Source of the DNA: Candidatus Omnitrophota bacterium
GTDB lineage: Bacteria; Omnitrophota; Gorgyraeia; 2-02-FULL-51-18
Direction: 5' to 3'
Assembly (NCBI GenBank): GCA_016180585.1
Contig: JACPAX010000014.1
Location: 1 to 62,161, forward strand
Length of the DNA: 62,161 nucleotides
In this document: positions 57,172-62,161 of the stretch, piece after piece
How the letters are laid out: every line of letters starts with the position of its first letter
Numbering within the stretch: the first letter of the stretch is position 1
Translations under genes and position numbers: made by a program
Notes under the pieces: model-generated
Databases searched by the model: none
Told to the model about the DNA's origin: nothing
Seen by the model: the letters and a program-made list of their open reading frames with translations, nothing else

Positions 57172-57360
57172 ATGATAAGTAGGGCACGTTTGATACGTCA
57201 AAAAGTAGAAATCGTAAGTCAAGATCCGTTCGTGGTGAGGTGCTTGGGGTGTGGTCTGGCTTGGCAACCTTTGCTTAGAAGCGGAGGGCGATTACCAAAG
57301 GGGTTCTCCGAACGCCCAAACGGTTGTGTGGGAAACGAATGTACAGAAATTAACCGATAA
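57172..57360 (+). CDS. Small hypothetical protein with CxxC...CxxxxC
   Basis: GGGGGAG SD at good spacing; 62 aa; RCLGCG and NGCVGNEC. Confidence 0.4.
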   Translation: MISRARLIRQKVEIVSQDPFVVRCLGCGLAWQPLLRSGGRLPKGFSERPNGCVGNECTEINR

Positions 57361-57649
57361 GTGGGTAAAAAAGGGGTGGTGGGGGCGATAAGGGGCGGCC
57401 GTACGACACGCTTCTGTACAGATTTGGAGAAACATACGCTGAAAACGTACAGAGCACCGCCGTACGTCGGTCAGGAACGAGGCGTACATCCACTCGACTG
57501 AAAATAGCGTTTACCGTATAGCGAAATGAGGCAAAAAAGACCGCTGGCGTAGGCGCTATTTAGCGGGTTTAGGGGTTTGAGCTTGGAGGAAATAAGGGGT
57601 CATTCCGAAGATTTTTTGACGTGTAGCACAGTTTCAGGAGGATAGGTCA

Positions 57650-57844
57650 ATGGATGAAAATAATCGGTTATTATCGTGCAAGGATCTGGCGAAATTCTTA
57701 GGCGTATCGTCTTGGACGATTTACGGATGGGTCAGCCAGAAAAGGATTCCGCACGTCAAGATCGGCCGACTTGTACGTTTTGATGAGGCTGAGATTTTGG
57801 GGTGGTTGGAAAAACAAAGGGTAAAGCCGTTTCATAGCATTTAG
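57650..57844 (+). CDS. Excisionase/AlpA-type HTH (HTH_17) DNA-binding protein
   Basis: LSCKDLAKFLGVSSWTIYGWVSQKRIPHVKIGRLVRFDEAEILGWL is the classic excisionase-family pattern. Confidence 0.8.
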   Translation: MDENNRLLSCKDLAKFLGVSSWTIYGWVSQKRIPHVKIGRLVRFDEAEILGWLEKQRVKPFHSI

Positions 57845-58117
57845 GAAGCAATACCGAGGTACAAATGAAAGAAGTTATTCAAAGCCTATTTTAGTTTATC
57901 GTATCGCCCGGTTAGTACCGGCCAACGAGCGGCCGGAATAGCGGGGATTAGCGTCTCCGTTCCGTTGATGCAATAAGTTCTGACTTTGGTCTGCCTTAGC
58001 GGGTAGTCAAAGCGCACCGGGGATAAACAAGCCGAGCTGAGTCGCGCCAGTAGGGGCCTAACCTGGAACAAATCCGGGCTAGGCATCGTGTGCCTACCCG
58101 GTTGAGGGCGGGCAAAC

Positions 58118-58342
58118 ATGGACGGTCAAGACAATCAAAAGTGGGTAGACGCGAAAAAGTTGGCTGAGATCTTGGGGGTGAAACAGGGGTGGATACGGCA
58201 AAACATGAAAATAATACCGCACAAAAAGTTGCGGCGGCTCGTTCGTTTCAATCCTGTCGAAGTTATGGAGCGCTTTAAGCCGAAGGATGAAGCCCAAACA
58301 AAGGTAGATTCTCTTAGCAAGGGGGCGAGAATATGGGCTTAA
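58118..58342 (+). CDS. Second excisionase-like HTH protein
   Basis: VDAKKLAEILGVKQGWIRQNMKIIPHKKLRRLVRFNPVEVMERF is a diverged HTH_17 pattern. Overlaps the integrase start. Confidence 0.65.
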   Translation: MDGQDNQKWVDAKKLAEILGVKQGWIRQNMKIIPHKKLRRLVRFNPVEVMERFKPKDEAQTKVDSLSKGARIWA

Positions 58343-59538
58343 TCAGGCGCTGTTCGGTTTGCAGAAAGCAGGGCGCTCGGTATAGTGCGCAAGGCTTAAA
58401 ATGCACCCACAAAGAAGCGACCTGGGCCGTAAAATTTCTTGTCGGCAGCAAACAGATTTTTAAGACCTTTGGGCCGAACAAGAGGGAGGCGGAGCGTTTT
58501 CTGACCAAAATCAAATCAGAGATTGCCTCCGGTGGTACGTTTGAACAAATAAAGCCTATTCTCTTCAAAGAGCTCGCCGAGAAGTGGCTTAATAACCATC
58601 GTCAGAGCGCCAATCCGAAACCTGGGACAATTTGGGCGTATGATTCTCGGCTCACTCACCACATATTGCCACTCATGGGTCATAAGGTCGTTAATCAGAT
58701 CACCGCTTACGATATTGAGACCATAAAACAAAAAGTCCGTGAAAAACTAAGGGCTCGATCAACTAACCAAGTTCTGGTTGAGATAGGCACGATTCTAAAA
58801 TATGGATGGACGCTCGGGTTTTGTAAATCCAATCCCGCGCAGTTGGTCAAAAAGTACGGCATCGAAAGGGGGCCGGGCCGAACTCTCACGAAAGAGGAGG
58901 CCGCAATTCTGCTGAGATACGCGACCGAGCCGTATCGAACGATTTTATTTGCTCTACTCTGCACTGGCGCAAGGATCGGAGAAATATCGGCTCTAAAATG
59001 GACGGACGTGGATTTTAAGAACAATCTGATCACGATTCAGCGCAATGTGTTTCACGCGCCGAAAGGGAAGTACGGCATGGGAGACAAGTCGTGGATATTT
59101 GGAACCCCGAAATCGAAGGAATCAACGCGCAAGGTCTTTATGATTCCAGCGCTCAAAACCGCGCTGGTCAGGCATTGTGAGCAGAGCGGAGGCAATCAGC
59201 ATGGCCTTGTATTCTCTACGAAGTTCGGCGAGCCCTATGATCGCTCAACGTTAAGGGTGAAACTTGTCTCTATTACGAAAGCCGCCGGGTTGAAACATGT
59301 TCGACTGCATGACCTGCGGCACACAAACGCGACATGGCTGCTGGCGGAGGGGGTCAATCTCGCCTATGTCTCAAAGCATCTCGGGCACTCAGGAGTTGCG
59401 ATTACGGGCGATACCTACCATCACGTTCTCCCTAAAGAACACGAGCGAGGAATGAAACTCTTGGACGGCATCTTTCCAATTTGGGATACAATTGGGATAC
59501 AGTCGCTGCCTCCACCAGACGAAATCAAACGAAAGTAG
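58333..59538 (+). CDS. Tyrosine recombinase / phage-type integrase
   Basis: ARIGEISALKWTDVDF (Arg), HDLRHTNATWLL (HxxR) and LGHSGVAITGDTYHHV (His...Tyr). Confidence 0.92.
   Translation: MGLIRRCSVCRKQGARYSAQGLKCTHKEATWAVKFLVGSKQIFKTFGPNKREAERFLTKIKSEIASGGTFEQIKPILFKELAEKWLNNHRQSANPKPGTIWAYDSRLTHHILPLMGHKVVNQITAYDIETIKQKVREKLRARSTNQVLVEIGTILKYGWTLGFCKSNPAQLVKKYGIERGPGRTLTKEEAAILLRYATEPYRTILFALLCTGARIGEISALKWTDVDFKNNLITIQRNVFHAPKGKYGMGDKSWIFGTPKSKESTRKVFMIPALKTALVRHCEQSGGNQHGLVFSTKFGEPYDRSTLRVKLVSITKAAGLKHVRLHDLRHTNATWLLAEGVNLAYVSKHLGHSGVAITGDTYHHVLPKEHERGMKLLDGIFPIWDTIGIQSLPPPDEIKRK
59484..59504 (+). repeat. Direct repeat, right copy (putative attR core), inside the integrase 3' end
   Basis: GGATACAATTGGGATACAGTC, 20/21 identical to 47621-47641. 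Confidence 0.6.
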
Positions 59539-59739
59539 CCGAATGGACTTTACGAAGTTTGATTGTCGTAACCTCTGTAGACTCGTATAATAATGCAACT
59601 ATGCGAATCCCCACGCAAATAGGCGAAAAAGAAAAATTACCCCAAGAGCACAAGCACAAAATCTGGGGTCAGTGAACGGTTTTATTTTCCCTGTGATAAA
59701 ATAATAAAAAAGGTTTAAATAAATCAAGGAGGAGACCCG

Positions 59740-60306
59740 ATGAGCGGATCCGGAATGAAGGTCCTGGGGGTTTTGGCGGGGGCGGCGCTTTGTTTGGCGT
59801 TTTCAGGCATGACGACCAAGGAGGCCTGGGCCGCGACGGCCGCGGAGATCGACGCCCGCGTGGACAGGACTCTCGAGCGCTTTTACGGCGAGGCGAGGGA
59901 CGGGAGGAAACTCGTCCAGGACGCCAAGGGCGTGCTTGTTTTTCCGAGCGTTTATAAGGCAGGGCTTGGAATCGGCGGCTCGTTTGGCGAAGGCGCTCTG
60001 AGGATCGGGGGCAAGACCGTCGATTATTACAGCACCGTCATGGGTTCGATCGGCCTTCAAATCGGGGTCGAGAAAAAATCGATCCTCCTTCTTTTCATGG
60101 AGAAGGACGTGCTCGACCGTCTTCGCTCAAGCTCCAACTGGAAGGTCGGCGCGGACGCCTCCGTGACTTTAGTGACCGTCGGCGCGGACGGGTCCATCGA
60201 TACCCAAAAGACCAATCAGCCCATCCTCGGGTTCGTGATCGGGCAAAAGGGCCTGATGTACAACCTGACCCTGGAAGGCACCAAGTTCACCAAGCTGAAA
60301 AAATAG
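59740..60306 (+). CDS. SYLF (Ysc84/DUF500) domain protein, secreted
   Basis: Signal peptide, GVLVFPSVYKAGLGIGGSFGEGAL and WKVGADASVTLVTVGADGS blocks. High-GC codon usage like the core genome. Confidence 0.8.
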   Translation: MSGSGMKVLGVLAGAALCLAFSGMTTKEAWAATAAEIDARVDRTLERFYGEARDGRKLVQDAKGVLVFPSVYKAGLGIGGSFGEGALRIGGKTVDYYSTVMGSIGLQIGVEKKSILLLFMEKDVLDRLRSSSNWKVGADASVTLVTVGADGSIDTQKTNQPILGFVIGQKGLMYNLTLEGTKFTKLKK

Positions 60307-60329
60307 TTGTAGTGCGAGTAGTTCAAGGC

Positions 60330-60374
60330 TTGACATTGGGAGCCCGGTAGGGTAATATTCCTAACAGGAATATT
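60330..60374 (+). promoter_or_regulatory. Promoter (TTGACA-17-TAATAT) overlapped by a perfect 9-bp inverted repeat
   Basis: TTGACA at 60330-60335 and TAATAT at 60353-60358. The repeat AATATTCCT-aac-AGGAATATT spans 60354-60374. Confidence 0.55.
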
Positions 60375-60401
60375 TAGTTCAATGGGTGTGGTGTCCATAT
60401 A

Positions 60402-60679
60402 ATGGCTGATTGGCAATTAGAGCACACGGACAAGTATTTGAGGGATTATGCTTATTTTAAAAAAAAGCGACCCGATGAATTGGCCGCCGTGTTAGACAAC
60501 TTAGACACCTACTTCAAAGCATTAAGCAAATTGAAAGATTGTACGTCTATCCGGATACCAAGATGACGGTATTGCACGTTTTAGCGATAGGGGATAAAAC
60601 CGCGCAAAAAAGCGATATCGAGGCGTGTCGCGGTTTTGTTAAAAAACTCAAGGAGGGGCGGGATGCGAAAACTGTATAA
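60402..60679 (+). pseudogene. Degraded HigB/Gp49-like (RelE superfamily) toxin gene
   Basis: Frame 1 gives MADWQLEHTDKYLRDYAYFKKKRPDELAAVLDNLDTYFKALSKLKD... and stops at 60566. Another frame from 60539 gives LYVYPDTKMTVLHVLAIGDKTAQKSDIEACRGFVKKL. Confidence 0.6.
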
Positions 60680-61223
60680 AAGCGTCAAGGAAATGGCGCG
60701 CGATATTTCCAAGGACGCTTCGTTTGAAAGTAGGCTGTCCAAAGAGATAGATGAAAAACGGATAGCGAAGTTCCTTTTTTATTTACGTTGCAAAAACAAT
60801 CTTACGCAAAAACAGATTGCCGAAAAGATTGGATGCACGCAAAGCAAGGTTTCAAAAATTGAAAGCGCCTACAATCATGAGCTTTCTGTGCAGGATTTGC
60901 TGGATTACGGGAAGGCCATGAATCTCAAGCTTGAACTGGGTTACAGGCACCCGTCGATGCGAATAGTCGACATGATCAAGTATCATGCTTTTAAAATTAA
61001 GCGTTTATTGGGTCAATTGACCGATTTGGCGAAGGATGATAAGGAGATGAATGACGCAATCGCCCGCTTCCACGTGGAGGCTTTTGTCAATATTGAGAAA
61101 ATAATCAAGGGAAGCTTCGTGAACTTGGCGATTTTTAGGAAGAAACTGCCCATGGAAAAAGCGAGCGTGCATATTTCTGCTCCCATAGAAAGTTCCAACA
61201 TCCAAAAAGTGGCAAGCACCTAA
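60663..61223 (+). CDS. XRE-type HTH protein (HigA-like antitoxin candidate)
   Basis: AAGGAGGGG SD and an HTH at LTQKQIAEKIGCTQSKVSKIESAY. Overlaps the end of the toxin remnant. Confidence 0.7.
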   Translation: MRKLYKSVKEMARDISKDASFESRLSKEIDEKRIAKFLFYLRCKNNLTQKQIAEKIGCTQSKVSKIESAYNHELSVQDLLDYGKAMNLKLELGYRHPSMRIVDMIKYHAFKIKRLLGQLTDLAKDDKEMNDAIARFHVEAFVNIEKIIKGSFVNLAIFRKKLPMEKASVHISAPIESSNIQKVAST

Positions 61224-61416
61224 AAGACACAACAGGCGGGTCCGCTTAAAAGCGCTTAAGATTTGCGAAGTATAAATAGTATTTGATACGAATGCTTGGA
61301 AAATATTTTTCATATTTTTTCGCCCGATCTCTTGTCATTCTGGGATTCATCGTGTAGACTTCCCCCATAACACGAAAAGGTCCCATGGCACGGGTTTCTT
61401 CCCAACGAGTTTATCG

Positions 61417-62161
61417 ATGAAAGAAAATCGCCCCATCCTGAGGGCTGTCGCTTTCGTTCTCCTTCAGGTTTTTTTTCTCCAGGAGCTCGGCTTCGCCGCT
61501 CCGGATATCAGGCCCGTTTCCTGGGATCCAAGGGGCGATGACAAGGCCTGGGCCAGGTCCGTGCTTCCGAATATTCCGGCGTCCGTGGCCACCCTCGAAG
61601 ACGCCTGGAAAGCCGCTCGTTCCCCACGACCCACGACGATTATTCTCCTCCAAGACGCCCACACCAATCCCTCGGGACAATTTAATCTCTCGAAAACGCT
61701 GGATCGTCTTCTTGCGCACGACAAGAACCTCAAGCACGTCTTTGTAGAGGCCGGACTGGACGACAACTCGCTCTCCTCTTTCCGGCAATACGGCGCCCGG
61801 GACCAGAGAAAACAAATCGCCGAGCGGTATCTTCGATCGGGAGAGCTCCACGGCGAGGAGTACCTGGACCTCACCTCGGACCGCGATTTCACCATCTGGG
61901 GAGTGGAAGACATCGATCTCTACCGGAAGGCCCTCGGGGACTACAGGGCCGTGGCCCGGGACCGGGAAAGATTCCAGGCCTACCTCTCGAAGATCCGGAC
62001 GACGATCGAGGTCTTGAAGCCCCGGATCTACGGCCCCGCTCTCTCGGCCTTCGTCGGCCATTATGAAAAATACGGGAAAGGCGAGCTTCCCGTCACGGAG
62101 TACTTTGAGATCCTCCATGCCTTTGCCGGGCGGACAGGCGCGGCGATCTCCCGGTACCCGT
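61417..62161 (+). CDS. Hypothetical secreted protein, 5' partial view (runs off the window); absent from the ORF track
   Basis: My translation is MKENRPILRAVAFVLLQVFFLQELGFAAPDIRPVSWDP...ILLQDAHTNPSGQFNLSKTL..., open to the last base with core-like codon usage. The listed minus-strand ORF is its antisense. Confidence 0.6.
   Translation, partial: MKENRPILRAVAFVLLQVFFLQELGFAAPDIRPVSWDPRGDDKAWARSVLPNIPASVATLEDAWKAARSPRPTTIILLQDAHTNPSGQFNLSKTLDRLLAHDKNLKHVFVEAGLDDNSLSSFRQYGARDQRKQIAERYLRSGELHGEEYLDLTSDRDFTIWGVEDIDLYRKALGDYRAVARDRERFQAYLSKIRTTIEVLKPRIYGPALSAFVGHYEKYGKGELPVTEYFEILHAFAGRTGAAISRYP

Larger units (their letters stand above)
47621..59504. mobile_element. Putative integrative island (~11.9 kb) bounded by 21-bp direct repeats
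   Basis: Visibly lower G+C and A/T-ending codons than the flanks (not computed). Integrase and two excisionase-like genes sit at the right end. The direct repeats are 20/21 identical. Confidence 0.6.

Noticed and set aside
57886-58119. 77-aa minus-strand ORF between the two excisionase-like genes
   Set aside because: It has no SD, a Pro/Arg-rich product, and lies in a hairpin-dense spacer. I treat the region as noncoding and report it as a structural curiosity instead.
61411-62118. 235-aa minus-strand ORF at the right end
   Set aside because: It is antisense to a better plus-strand frame that stays open to the window edge. Its composition is Arg/Gly/Pro-rich.

Overview
This is a 62-kb segment of a high-GC bacterial chromosome. 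TolC-like and beta-barrel genes suggest a diderm, and I cannot assign a taxon. Most of it is ordinary + strand housekeeping: H+/Na+-pyrophosphatase, DedA, a MarR/TolC-like/RND efflux locus, thrH-like phosphatase, xth, type III glutamine synthetase, two tandem ROK regulators, bioBFAD, gcvT-H-PA-PB plus a lipoate ligase-like gene, pdaD, DUF4912 with a GH57 branching enzyme, aspartase/fumarase, citrate synthase, tRNA-Leu(CAG), smpB-ssrA, orn, an ArfB-like GGQ protein, BolA/Grx, a Ski2-like helicase, amidase, murI and queD/queE. The window opens with an IS200/RAYT-like Y1 transposase and three tandem FecR-domain paralogues. A ~122-bp nested-palindrome element recurs at gene 3' ends, with four long copies, one minimal hairpin and fragments. 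The most interesting region is a visibly lower-GC segment of about 11.9 kb (47621-59504) bracketed by 21-bp direct repeats. It carries a tyrosine integrase, two excisionase-like genes and small phage/ICE-type genes. Its main cargo is a translationally coupled gene pair: a 397-aa protein with an Rx4H (HEPN-like) motif and a 1514-aa protein with a predicted nuclease, a STAND P-loop NTPase and HEAT-like repeats. I read this pair as a candidate antiviral system that I cannot assign to a named type. A degraded higB-like toxin with an intact HTH partner follows. All calls come from reading the sequence and from remembered family motifs; no searches or computations were run.
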